From Pelagomonas calceolata (lineage: Eukaryota), in assembly GCA_918797485.1 (NCBI GenBank), contig CAKKNE010000004.1:1488001-1552000 (forward strand): DNA of 64,000 nt, read 5' to 3'. A program made the translations under genes and the position numbers. The notes under the pieces were generated by a model. It saw nothing but the letters and a program-made list of their open reading frames with translations, made no database searches and was not told where the DNA came from. Shown piece after piece: positions 47,575 through 59,146 of this stretch. Each line of letters opens with the position of its first letter. Within the stretch, counting starts at the first letter, position 1.

Positions 47575-49086
47575 ATGCAAGACCGAGACGTGAACGCTAG
47601 TGCAAATAGACCAGACCGAGACAAATTCCAGGGGCACTCTGGCATAGTGTCGTCGGCTGGGAAAGAGGAAGTATTCGTTAAGTGGCTCAGTGAGAATGGC
47701 GCTAAATTCGTTGACCGAGCGTTGCTACGTTGCTACGAGAACGATGTACGTGGAGTTCATGCGGCGCGCGACCTCAAAGCAGAGGAAATCATTATTGAAG
47801 TCCCCTTGAAATGTCTTATAACTGTAGAGATGGGCAAAGCGACCGATGTCGGTAGGGCTGTTCTCGAGGCTGGACTTGAGCTAGACGCACCCAAGCACAT
47901 TTTTTTGATGCTCTTTCTCCTTCTCGATCGCTGCAACTCGGACAGCTTCTTCCGACCGTACTATGATGTTCTCCCCGGGAGTCTGTCTAATATGCCTATA
48001 TTTTGGAAACCAAATGAGCTCACCTGGCTTGAGGGTTCGTATTTGCTTGTGCAGATAGAGGAACGTAAGTGTGCCATACAGAACGATTTTAAGGCCATAG
48101 TTGACGCCTGGCCTGCCTTTAAGAGAATCTGCACTCTGGACGAATTTTCCTGGGCACGTATGTGTGTTTGCTCACGCAATTTTGGCATCGTCATCAATGG
48201 AGTTCGCACATCAGCAATGGTTCCTTACGCTGACATGCTCAACCACTTTCGGCCGCGCGAGACTAAGTGGACCTTTGACAACACACGAGGTGCTTTTACC
48301 ATAACAGCACTCCAGTCGATTCCTTCTGGTGGGCAGATCTATGACTCCTATGGTCAGAAGTGCAATCACCGGTTTCTACTCAATTATGGCTTCGCCGTCG
48401 AAGATAATTACGAATGTGACGGCTATTGTCCAAATGAAGTTGCGCTTCTTGTCCGTCTGGCACCAGAGGATCCACTCACTGCGCGCAAACGGCTCATCTG
48501 GATTCGTGACGGTGCCGTGGGTGTCAAGCGAATCCGTTTATGTGCAAGTGATAATGAAAATTTCCGCGCATGCCTTTCGCTCCTCCGTGTTGTGGCAGCT
48601 GATGAAGTTGAGCTTGACCGTATTCTCAGCCAAAATCCCTATGGCACGTATCGCACAGCATCTGATATCCATGTTCCTGTTTCATTCAGGAATGAATGTG
48701 CCGCATTATCGCTCCTCAAGCATACTTGCAAGTCAATGCTTGAAGCGTATCCACGTTCCCTCGCAGCTGATAAGTCTGCAATCTCCAGTAATACCCTTTC
48801 TCCCTTCTCCAACGAGCGCCACGCGTGCATTCATGTCAAATCTGAGAAACTTGTCCTCTGTCACTACATCAATTTTGCCAAGACTGCACTAAACCTCGCA
48901 CGCTGCCATGATGGTGAATTCGAGGCCACTGTTTCCAGGCTTTTTGACGAACCTGTTCATCGTCACGTTGCTAGCTATTGCAATGGCATAGTACGGCAAG
49001 TGCGTCATGCTGTCCCCAAGCTTTTATCTGTCGAGTCTGACAGGAGGCAGCACAAACTTAACCTATCTACGCCCACAATTGTGTAG
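47575..49086 (+). CDS. SET-domain lysine methyltransferase (SETD3 / Rubisco-LSMT family)
   Basis: RGVHAARDL, SRNFG, MVPYADMLNH, QIYDSYGQKCNHRFLLNYGF and an LSMT substrate-binding-like C-terminus. Confidence 0.92.
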   Translation: MQDRDVNASANRPDRDKFQGHSGIVSSAGKEEVFVKWLSENGAKFVDRALLRCYENDVRGVHAARDLKAEEIIIEVPLKCLITVEMGKATDVGRAVLEAGLELDAPKHIFLMLFLLLDRCNSDSFFRPYYDVLPGSLSNMPIFWKPNELTWLEGSYLLVQIEERKCAIQNDFKAIVDAWPAFKRICTLDEFSWARMCVCSRNFGIVINGVRTSAMVPYADMLNHFRPRETKWTFDNTRGAFTITALQSIPSGGQIYDSYGQKCNHRFLLNYGFAVEDNYECDGYCPNEVALLVRLAPEDPLTARKRLIWIRDGAVGVKRIRLCASDNENFRACLSLLRVVAADEVELDRILSQNPYGTYRTASDIHVPVSFRNECAALSLLKHTCKSMLEAYPRSLAADKSAISSNTLSPFSNERHACIHVKSEKLVLCHYINFAKTALNLARCHDGEFEATVSRLFDEPVHRHVASYCNGIVRQVRHAVPKLLSVESDRRQHKLNLSTPTIV

Positions 49087-49905
49087 TCTAGTCGACAGGC
49101 AATTTCTCGTGTGCCCGCTCCTTCGTGAGCAGACTGACGTCCGAAATTCCGCCAAGGGCAGAAACGGGCCGCCCACACGCCACACAAATCGCTATTTGTT
49201 CTAAACGGGCCGCCCACACAATCAGGCTACTAGTAGCTTAGTTAGTTCTAAAGGTTCTAAAGGTTCGTTGTGGTTATACTATTTTTAGGTCTTCCTTAAT
49301 TACTTAATTAATTTATTTATTCAGGCTCTCCCCAAAAGCTGGCAGGACATCTTAGTTTCGTAGGCTGCACCGTATCACGAGCGCTTACTAGGCCATAGAC
49401 CCCGGGCCGCGGCGTGGCTGAGGCGACGCTTTGGTGCTGCCTACTGAACACATGGCCCTCAGGCTAGAGTGACACTAGACTTTCCGAGTCCTGCTGAGTC
49501 TCGTGTCACTACCCCGACGTGCCCTTGGGCGCGCTATGATCCAGGGGACTAAAAACAAAGCCTGGCGCTTGCTGGCAGTCCATCGTTCCCGGAACCCCTC
49601 TGAGTATCCGTCGTGTCGAAGGATACGCAAACACCGTGACGGCCGTCAGGCCCGATGGGTAGCCCAACACAGATCATGATTGCGACGCCTGGCACAAGGG
49701 GGCGGGGGGCCCGGGGGCTCAGGCTAGTGGAAAATTTTAAAATCGGGATTTCGTCCATGGATCCCTGGCAGGGGTGGGCCCCCTGCCCCCCCCTCCTGTG
49801 GGAGGCGACTTCCCCCCTATTAAGGGGATACCGGAGTACCCTAGGGACAGTGAGTCACGGTAGCCTAGGTAGGTAATAAAAGTAAACGGTGTGCTTGGAA
49901 ACGGT

Positions 49906-50713
49906 AAAATATTTTTAACAAAGGTCAAAGTGCCCCAAACAAAGGTCACTCCCAAACAAAGTAAAAACCCGAGAGAAACGCTTTGTTAAAAATTAGCCCC
50001 CCCCTACTTTGGGGCACCCCCACGCGGCCGGAAAATCCCGATTTTGGGCGGGGTGGGGTGGTCCTCGGGAGGACGGATTCATGCGGCTGCGCCACCGCAC
50101 GCGCCCTCCGGCCCGGCGCTCCGCGCCGGGCCGTCGGGTTGGGGCTGCGCCCCAAACCCCGCCAAAGATAACATCCGTCAGGCAGGGCGGCAGGAAGGCA
50201 GGGCGGCACGTAACCGACGTGGCACAGGAACGAGTGCTCGACGCGCCGGGGCGGTGTTTGCGGGGGTGACGAGTCGTTTGAAGGCCGTTTCTGTTCGTTC
50301 GATACCGTAACGACTTGTCAAAGCGCCGTTCCGCGCGGTGCTCAGCTCGACTTCGGCAGAGGGCGTCGGTGGCGACCAGGTCCCGCGGTGCGCTTGCCTC
50401 GATCCGCGCGTCTTGCGTTGCGCGCGCTCGAAACGACCATCGGGCCCTGGCAGCCGGTGTGCCGCCGCGGGGCAGCCCGCGGCGGGGCGCGCGGCAGCCT
50501 GGGGAGTCGTATGGACCCGGCGGAGCGGCGCGGAGGGCCGCAGCCGTGCAGCGGGGGCGGGCGGGGCCGGTATCGTGCGAAAGCGGTTCAGATGCGCCTG
50601 CCTACCTGCCACTTTGCTAAGAAAAGGAAAATAGTTTTTAACAAAGCGGATTTTTCACTTTGTTTGGGAGTGACCTTTGTTTGGGGCACTTTGACCTTTG
50701 TTAAAAATATTTT
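49906..50713. mobile_element. MITE/foldback element with long TIRs
   Basis: AAAATATTTTTAACAAAGGTCAAAGTGCCCCAAACAAAGGTCACTCCCAAACAAAGT is perfectly inverted at the right end; GC-rich non-coding interior. Confidence 0.88.
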
Positions 50714-50869
50714 TTCCTTGGGAACGCGTCCCGGTTGAAAATTGGACGGTGTATTTCTAGTACACGTCCCCAGGCATGCTTCGGGCTACCCGCCGGCGCA
50801 CGAGTTACGGTCGAATTCTCGCGGCCGGGGGCTCCGAGTCCGAGTAGCCGGGGGCTAAAGGCGAAGCGG

Positions 50870-51340
50870 GCCGCGGCGGACACCCAACCCCAAATTTGCC
50901 GTATCTCTATAATTAGACGTCTGGTGCGCGGGTAAATTGAGCCAGGGGAGGCTAGTTGCCCCTCTGGGACCTGACCGAAACGGGCGAGCGAAATGATTAG
51001 GTTTGGGAAGTTTAGTGGCCAGCGAAAGTCGTGCCGCGTCAGGCGACCTATCTGGCTCAGCGCATCGGGTACCCGGCCGAGCCTACGCATCCTCCCCACG
51101 CCATAGGTACTCAAGGCCCGGGGCCCCTGGGAGACCAAATTACCAGCAGAGAAGCGAGTTTTGTTTTTCACCCCCGAAACCCGCGAGTTAAGCTAAATGC
51201 CCGCATGTTAGGGCCCCCCAGCCCGGTCGGGCGTACAAAAGGGTCCCTTTTTGAACCCCACTGGCACAGCCAAAATCGCCCCCGCACAAGTGGCTAGGAA
51301 CTCGAAACTCAGATTAGAGGACTAGGGATGCCCGGGGCCG
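50870..51340. repeat. Dispersed repeat R1, copy 3 (inverted)
   Basis: The reverse complement matches 12400-12930 and 36240-36900. Confidence 0.85.
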
Positions 51341-52440
51341 TAATTAAGGGGCCGGCACCCAAAGTGAGAAATTACCGTAGCTCTTCCCCCTGAATAGCTT
51401 GAACGGGGAAACTTGCTACGAAAATACTTAAGATAATGACTAATATTCGCGCAAAACAGGGGCTACAAACGGTAGGGGGTTTTGGGGTGCGCCGGCCACG
51501 GGCAGGCCGCGGCCCGGACGGCGGAGACTCAAAGTTCCAAATCGACGTCGTCGTCGTCCGCATCGACTATAACCCCGCGCCGGTCCCCGGGCCCGTGGTT
51601 TCTCGTAGGAGCGCCCTCGAAGCTCTCTATTCGTCCCGCGTTGACCTCGACGCGACCGCCGCGGTGCAATGATTTCCAGCTTTTCGAGCGCTTGAAGTTG
51701 TCCGCGGGACTCGGGCCATACCCACCGTACTATCCCCACCGTTTTTTGTGCAGTGGCGTGCCCACATCGCGTATCGCACATCATGTGGTGGGAGAGCAAT
51801 TTGGCGCATCGCGAAATGTTGTGCTGCCGCGCTTTTTCTTGGCGCATCGCCTCGGCCGACCCCTTGAGCGGTCGGAAATAGCTTGGGGCTGCCTATGGGT
51901 GCGTTTAGGCCGCGCACGAGGCCAAAACAAAATCGCGTTTAATCGAGATTCACGGGTTTTTGCCGTTTTCAGCGCGCCGCTGCGCCCTAGTCCCGATCCC
52001 CGTACACCCCCCTGACCTCAGCCGGCCCTTAAGAGGGCCCTACGAGCCCCCCCGACCAATGCGCGACGTTCGGGCGCTCGGTGGAGGGAATCCCCATGGT
52101 GGCTGCCGGCGCCGTCCGTAATTTAAGGCGCACTAGCATGTTTAGTACGCTGTTTACTAGAAAACCCGAGTCGACCAATACTAGTACTCCTTTACCCGCC
52201 GGGCCAGATGATTTAAAAGGTGATTCGCCCGAAATCTTTCGAGGTCACGGTGACCGGGGGCCTGTGGACGGGGGGGTGATTCATGGGCAAATCACGGGTG
52301 ATCATGATTTGCAACCTAGAAGAGGGACTGTTCCCTCAAAAAAATACTCCCCAAGACCGTCATTGGCAGAAGAACGCGTCTGTTCCGCCCTGAAGAGTTG
52401 CTCCTGAGAATGGTGGCGAGTCCGTGCATCGTATGCTTGG

Positions 52441-53137
52441 TTACATAGAAGCACCCGGGGCAAGAGAGTAACCAAGGGCGGCCATTCCTCTAGTAAGCAC
52501 AGAAAATTTCACCTTGACGACACCGGTTGATTCTACACGCGTAACTTCACGATTGTCACTCTGAGCGACTAGTTTTGAGTCGTAGAACTCAGCATACGTT
52601 CCTGTGAGCCACGAGACAAGGCGTTGCCAGAGTGAGGACGGCACGGGAATATAGGTGTGAATATATCTTTCATAGTCTCCTGCAAACCTATGGCATTATA
52701 GGCGGTACGGAACATCCCAAGGTTACATAAGGAGCTCTGGACATGGACGGTGGAAGGAGCACGCTGCCATAGCCGCGCACGACGTCTCGCCCAAGGCTGT
52801 CAACGCCATAGATTGATACACTCATGCGTGGCCAACCATGGGCGTTTGTGCTTTTAAAAGATATATCCACAGGAAAGTTCCACACAACAGAATTATCACA
52901 GCCTGCAGCCTTCCGCGCAATCTGCGACAAGCCGTTTTCGATACCATCGACGACTGTCCAATCCGGGCCAAATGAGAATCCATATCGCACATAAAGGTCA
53001 TCATAAGGAAATTCACCTGATTCCAGTTGCCCATTTACCACGACAAAGAAAGCTGAGAAGTCACTTTTTGATGCCTAGATTCGAATGGCATGATCACACG
53101 ACAAAGTTCCAAAATGACACACAAGTGATTCCGGCAT
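52441..53137 (-). CDS. B9D1: B9 domain protein 1 (ciliary transition zone), 2 introns
   Basis: FFVVVNGQLESGEF..DDLYVRYGF.FGPDW..G.ENGLSQIA..VWNFPVDISFKSTNAHGWP..GRDVVRGYG..REVTRVESTG. Confidence 0.92.
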
Positions 53138-53987
53138 TGGTGCTGGTCGATAAACCGTAGGTATGCAACTCTCAACCCACCGTATCGTACGTAGCCGACA
53201 TGCATCGAGATAGTATATACCGTTTACGGTACGGTACGCTGTAGTGTTATACATGCCATTGGACATGTAACTTAGTCACTAGAGGCAAGTGCAAGTGACA
53301 CCTTGACTGTCACTAGAATCATATAGTAACCTGACTCGGAGGAACTTCAAGTTGAAGGGAGGCCGGGGAAGGTTCCTTCTCTTATCAGCTGCCGCGGCTG
53401 TCACGGTGCCGCCGCGGCCAGTCACGCCGATGGCTGTCACGCCGGTCACACTTCCCCCCCTACGTTCAGCCTGAGTGATATTAGCTTCAAGTTTGCCAGT
53501 TGGGCCCGGCCCGGTGCAGTAAATGCATCATCAGTGCACAATGGAGCTACTTCTAGGAGCTACTGGTGGCGCAACGTGGGAGGGGCCGTATACGCGGCCG
53601 CGCGGCGCCCTTTCGAGGCCTCGCGGGAAATTTTGCTAAGGCGCAGGTTCCATATGATAAAATAATGGGCTGTGCAAAGTTTGGTGCGGTGCGAACAGCC
53701 TCGCGTCGAGAAATCGGCTGCGACGCCGCGGCCGTATAGATGGTCCGTTCGCACCTTACTTCGCCTTAGCAGCCCGTTTCTTTTGCGACCCGTAGCTCGT
53801 GTACATTTGCTATGCGTACCGAAAGTGGCCGACTTTTTATGCCGACGCCATCGCGCGCAATGAGAGAGAGAGTGCTAGTATCGGCGTCTAGTATGTCAGC
53901 CACTCTCGCGGCCGGCGCCGTGCACGGACCCCGAGCAGCCGGAGCAACCCGGCCTTCTAGCCAGGGCGCATACTTAATGAAAACGCG

Positions 53988-55563
53988 ATGAACCCATGGA
54001 AGGGCGCAGTTCCTGGGAGGATGTTGCGCCAGAGAGTATGTCAGCTACTTAAATGTTAGAGGGTCTGTCGTAGGTAAGTTTGAGACATTTTGCCGCTGGC
54101 AATGCAGTTGGGCTTGTCGCACACCTGAGGGAAGCATTGGCGACGCAGGATGGTGGCACAGTGCAATGGGTGATTCTGTGCTTTTGGCTACTGGAATTGC
54201 TCCTGGCGAAAAACGCTGATTATCCAGATTTGAAAGGCAATATTCAATCGTTCCTTCTCGGGCATATAAATATGCTGCATATCAGAACAGCATTCCAGCT
54301 AGTTTCCAGTCACAATCGTGACGGAGCAGCTAGCATTGCTGGGGCGGTGAAAGCATTTGAAAACGTCATTTTGCATCTCGTTGATAAACATAGTATTGAT
54401 AGTGGTGTTGCTAATTTTATTTTTTTAGAAAGGACAAATCCTGCGTAGGTTGGAGAACTATTTATGACTCGTTTAACTTACAAGTTGAGGATTTGTTGTT
54501 TGAAACTTCAATTTCTCTGCTTGACAGTTCAATGATGCCATGCATGGCTGCGGAAGGTGATTTTAGATTGGAGGTATCAAGGGTATTCACCAGTTTGTTG
54601 CGAAGCGACATTCAATTGTACACTTCACATTCTGCAAGCCAACCAGATGTCTTGAAACAAATGAATTACACACCGGTCCGTAGCGATTCTGCGTTCGCCC
54701 ATTTTGTTATTCTGCTCTGTACCAAAATCCATGATGTTGCTGCTGCGTGTAACTACCTCGATACCTGGTTAATGCGCCTTTATGACCTTCAATCTGCTTT
54801 GCGTGCATTTACTTCCAAATCATTACTTGTCTTCGGTGCTTCTCTTTTCCTAAAGCTGGGTTTGTATGAAGACGCAGTTGATCTGGCACTTGAATTCGAC
54901 ATCACTTTGGCTAAGGACCTAGCCAATTTATTCGAGGTCCCACAGGCTCTAAGGAAGTAAGTGGTCGTAGCTTGCTTGTAATATATCTCATTTCATAAAG
55001 ATAATAGGCGCCTTTGGTTGCGGGTCGTAAGACACATCATCAATGACCGATCGCTAGTCACAGCGTACGTCGCAGTTGCTGCATTCCACCATCACATACT
55101 CAGGTTAGCAATTTCAGAGTCTGGTCGTGCGTTCAAGGAGTCTCGGTTTCTTTCAATAGAAGACATGTTGTTCGTTTTCCCCGACTTTATTGTCATCGAT
55201 ACCTTTAAAACTGAAATAGAAGGGTCTCTTAAGGAATCCGATCAGCATATAATGTCTACCCGGACTTGTATGGCGGCATCGGCGAACACCGCAAAAAGCC
55301 TATGTCGTGAAACGCAAACTCTGGTCTCACTTCAGATACGCCTCTGTGCTGGCACACGCTGTGTGCTCTCTGGGTGCCCTGTTCTGATGAGACCTTTTAA
55401 TTATTATGCTAGTGGTTTTGTAAATCAATCTTCTAGTGCCCAGTTAGAAGCACACGGTTGTGCAAAAGGGTCAAAGTGCCACCAGTGTAGCTTGCCTCTG
55501 AACTTTGACTGCCCTCTGACTGGCTGTCAGATGATAAACTCCATTGACTCTGCTTTTACATGA
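53988..55563 (+). CDS. Divergent VPS18/PEP3-like protein (C-terminal half only), about 3 introns
   Basis: LGLYEDAVDLAL..LAK..LRKRLWL, LSIEDML..FPDFIVIDTFKTEI..SL and terminal DCPLTGCQMINSIDSAF resemble the VPS18 C-terminus; 5' structure uncertain. Confidence 0.65.
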
Positions 55564-56536
55564 CAGTACCTAGTGCTTAGCCAAGGAGCGTCCCAGGAAA
55601 GCCGAGCCGACACCAAGGTAAGTTTAGCCCGAGGGCGAAGTCTTGGCTTCTTGGGGTCTTTTACTATACTATACGTGCTGGAAGGTGCTGCAGCGGGCCA
55701 TCGATCGCACCCGCTACATCCATGAATGGGGCCGCCGTCGCGGCGCACGCGGCGCCTACTAGTAAAGGCGGAAATGCGAACACCGCGGACAAACCCGATT
55801 AATAGAAGGACCACTCAACCCACAATTAAATAATAAGAAATTATGGCAGACTCGGAAAGTAATTTGAAACTATCCGAGTCATGATTACAAATACTACAAC
55901 TTCAAGTTGAAGTAAAATCATGACTTGGACTCGGAGAGTTAACTTGAAATGAGAAATAAGCAGAAGAACCACGGGTGTTACTGTCCTCAGGCCTGAGTCC
56001 GAGTGAGCCTGCCAGTGACTTGATCTCCGAGTCTAACTTGGGGGTTCAAGTTCTAGTACTAGCCGCCTCAGCAAAAGCCGCTGAGTAGTAGCCTAGTACT
56101 TACTGAGTACTAGTAGCAGGTCACCGGGTCACTTAGACGGGTCACTGTGCAAAAAGGGGCCCGGGGTAAAATGAGCGTCCTTATTTTAGCCTACAAGAGG
56201 CAAGACAAGCAGGGGTTGGGTAGCCTGAGTGCTACTGGCGCTGGCAGTGGCAAAGCCGGGTGCCTCCGAAACGGCCTTCTTATGACTGGCACAATTCTGA
56301 AACAGATAAGGGTGTGCCGAGCGAAGCGAAGGTCGATTCCATCCATTATTTCCGATCTACGTAGAGATCGCGGCCCGAAGAGATAGTGGCGCCGCTGTCG
56401 GTGGGGGTCGAAGATCAAGCAGTACGTGCATTCTCACTGGTCTCCGATACGTGCATTCTCTACTGGGCATTTCAGCTTGAACAGAGGTGTCGGTCCTAAA
56501 GTATCTAAAGCGTCGCAAAAAGGGAGGCAACTCTCT

Positions 56537-58513
56537 TCATTCAATGGGCTTTATACTAGCCGAGGCAAGTAGACTCTCCAGAACTTCTGCTTGTTGCTGC
56601 ACATTTACATGCCCATGGTTCAATCTTAGATTTGGTGAGAGTTTTAGAGAATTGCACCCACCTCTATCATCACCCACTATTATGATAGGATCTTGCTGAT
56701 TGAATGTTATATGCGTGAGTTTTGCGCGCTTAACTACTTTCTGTTCACACAGGGGCTCGTGTTTGTTTTCGGCCAGATCAAATACGTGCACCTTTCCGTC
56801 CGAAGTGACAGCTGCAAATACACTTGCTGAATAAGGGGACCACGCGACATCACCAACAGCATTTCCCAAGTCAAATGACATGACTGCAGTGGAAATATTG
56901 TGATCCCATAGTTTCACAGTCCAATCCGCCGAACATGAAATAAAAATCCTTTCGTGAAAGGGATTCCAGCGAATGGAATAAACAGCCATGTGATGTCCAA
57001 GATAGGTCTCGAGATACTGTCCGGAGTACGCTTTGGAGCACTTGTGAATTTTTCCTTCCTCGGTCCCGACGATAAATAAATGTTCTGAGACTCCATTAAA
57101 ATCAAAGCAGCATCCGCCTGCCAGACCAGGCAGCAGAGTATCCTCCGGGTCATCGTTTGACGCGTTTGCGACCTTAAGTTGCATGACTGGCTCCATCTTC
57201 AGTTCGTTCTTTGACATTGTCCAGTTTGCAACTCTACCATCGGAAGAAATGGAGAAAAAGCTTAGCTCTTTCGCAATATCTTCGATCTGCCACTGAACCT
57301 GCCATACTGGATCAGTGTGCTTACCTGTTCTAATTGAAGACGAGTAAATGGGTCTATTTCCCCTATTTCTGACGTCATAGACCATCACTACTCCGTCATA
57401 ACAGCCCACGGCTAACAAAGAGCAATGCTCAGAATGAAAATTCAAGCACATTACTCCGCTTTCCGTGGTGAATGTATACTCTGGATAGCTCGTGTTCTTC
57501 AAGGAAAAGCAGCATATCATCCCACCACCCTGGCGCATGAAGTCGTAAGATCCATAGCCAACTGAAAACAAGTCAGGATACTTTGGATTCCAGGCCAAAG
57601 CAGTGACCTGCTTGCGTTTTGATCGCTCAGTGTGGAAGCGCCACAGAGGCAACAATGATCCTTCACCATCGCGAAATGCGTCTGAGGTGTCATCCCAGTA
57701 TTTGAAATCTTGGAATATCTCATCGTCCACATTCTGATTTAACATCCGCTCAATTTTTTTGAGCGCATTGCCCATCCTTTGAGAGTGTACCATGTCGTCA
57801 CTCTTGGCGGCACCCGTATTCTGGGAGGCATCGCTAATGTTTGAACCGGACCCACCCCCTCTTTTTTCTTGGCCCTTTAATAGTTCCTGTTCTGCTATTT
57901 GCATGACGTAGTCGCCCATGTACCGATCATAGATTTCCCACTGGGTAACACAACCCGAAAAGTTGATGACTTTCGGCGGCTTTGTAGAAACACAGCGCTC
58001 GCGCAAAGGATTGTTAAAAGTTTGCGCTGCTCGCTCGGAGTAATTGAACTGGTTTTTGCGATTCTCAAAGGGGTCGTTTTCATCTTCAGCTTTCCCATGT
58101 TCTTCCACAATCATTTTTTTTGCCTCGGCCAGATCTTCTTTGTACTTCAAGTAGTATGCTGCTTGCTCTCTTGCTTCGGCACCTTCTTTGCGTAATGTAG
58201 ATCCCTCAAAGTTCAAATGAATAGCCAGATTATCCTGACCTCCCGGCGGGTCAATCTTGTAGCAATGGCTGTGGTAATTAAACTTAGTTATGTTATTGGC
58301 GACGTTGGGGTCGTTTGCCGTCAGGACACGTGTGTGTTCTTCCTTCAAATCCAATTCTGATAGCTTGAGCTGGTTTACCGGAATCTTGATGACACGGTGC
58401 GGTTCCTGGTACATGTCATCATCTTCTTGTGTGGCAATATGGCTGCTCTGTGGGGCAATATGGCCGTTCGATTGCAACCGTCTCTGAGTGGATTTTTTTT
58501 TTGCTCTCTTCAT
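56537..58513 (-). CDS. DNAI1: Outer-arm dynein intermediate chain (IC78/DNAI1)
   Basis: RVLTANDP, NQFNYSERAAQTFN, DFKYWDD.SDAFRDGEGSLLPLWRF, VGYGSYDF, KHTDPVWQV, VGTEEGKIHKCSKAYS, SCSADWTVKLWD. Confidence 0.95.
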   Translation of the reverse strand: MKRAKKKSTQRRLQSNGHIAPQSSHIATQEDDDMYQEPHRVIKIPVNQLKLSELDLKEEHTRVLTANDPNVANNITKFNYHSHCYKIDPPGGQDNLAIHLNFEGSTLRKEGAEAREQAAYYLKYKEDLAEAKKMIVEEHGKAEDENDPFENRKNQFNYSERAAQTFNNPLRERCVSTKPPKVINFSGCVTQWEIYDRYMGDYVMQIAEQELLKGQEKRGGGSGSNISDASQNTGAAKSDDMVHSQRMGNALKKIERMLNQNVDDEIFQDFKYWDDTSDAFRDGEGSLLPLWRFHTERSKRKQVTALAWNPKYPDLFSVGYGSYDFMRQGGGMICCFSLKNTSYPEYTFTTESGVMCLNFHSEHCSLLAVGCYDGVVMVYDVRNRGNRPIYSSSIRTGKHTDPVWQVQWQIEDIAKELSFFSISSDGRVANWTMSKNELKMEPVMQLKVANASNDDPEDTLLPGLAGGCCFDFNGVSEHLFIVGTEEGKIHKCSKAYSGQYLETYLGHHMAVYSIRWNPFHERIFISCSADWTVKLWDHNISTAVMSFDLGNAVGDVAWSPYSASVFAAVTSDGKVHVFDLAENKHEPLCEQKVVKRAKLTHITFNQQDPIIIVGDDRGGCNSLKLSPNLRLNHGHVNVQQQAEVLESLLASASIKPIE

Positions 58514-59146
58514 TACGCGTTATCGAGTCTGCAATTATATCCTTTGATTTATATCCACGGCGGTGTGACCTAAGAGATAACCTGGAGCATGTCGACGGTA
58601 CGCAGGACGGTGCAAAATAATTTCCAGCCACCTCTGCTGCCATAGGCTAGATCGATCATACTTAGCCCGGCGGCCCGTCACGGTTGCGGCATCACCATCA
58701 TAATGATTGTGCATTTACCCAGCCTGAGCCTGAGGCGCTCAAGTTCAAGCCTGAGTTTGGGCGTACATCATGATGATTGCCAGTGCAACACACCGTGACT
58801 TATCCGGCCACTGGCAAACGCTTCCCAGTCAAGTTCACGTTCCTCCGAGCCGGCTCTTAACCCCCCCTCCAAGCTCTTAACCCGCACACGGGCGGCACGA
58901 CTTCACGTTGTGGGCCCGGAGCTCGCGATCTATCGAAGTGTCACGGGGTGCGACGAGCCGCGACGAGCGAATTATTAGCGACATGTGCGAATTATTAGCG
59001 CGTGAATGCCGAAAGCAAACATGTGTCTTTTATGTATTCTTTTTTAGGGTTCTGCATTACAACTCCGGCCAGGACTTGATGAGAACTGTGCTTTAGACTG
59101 ATCTTGCGACGAGTCCGCAGCTCCTCAATTGAGGCGTCATAAAAAG

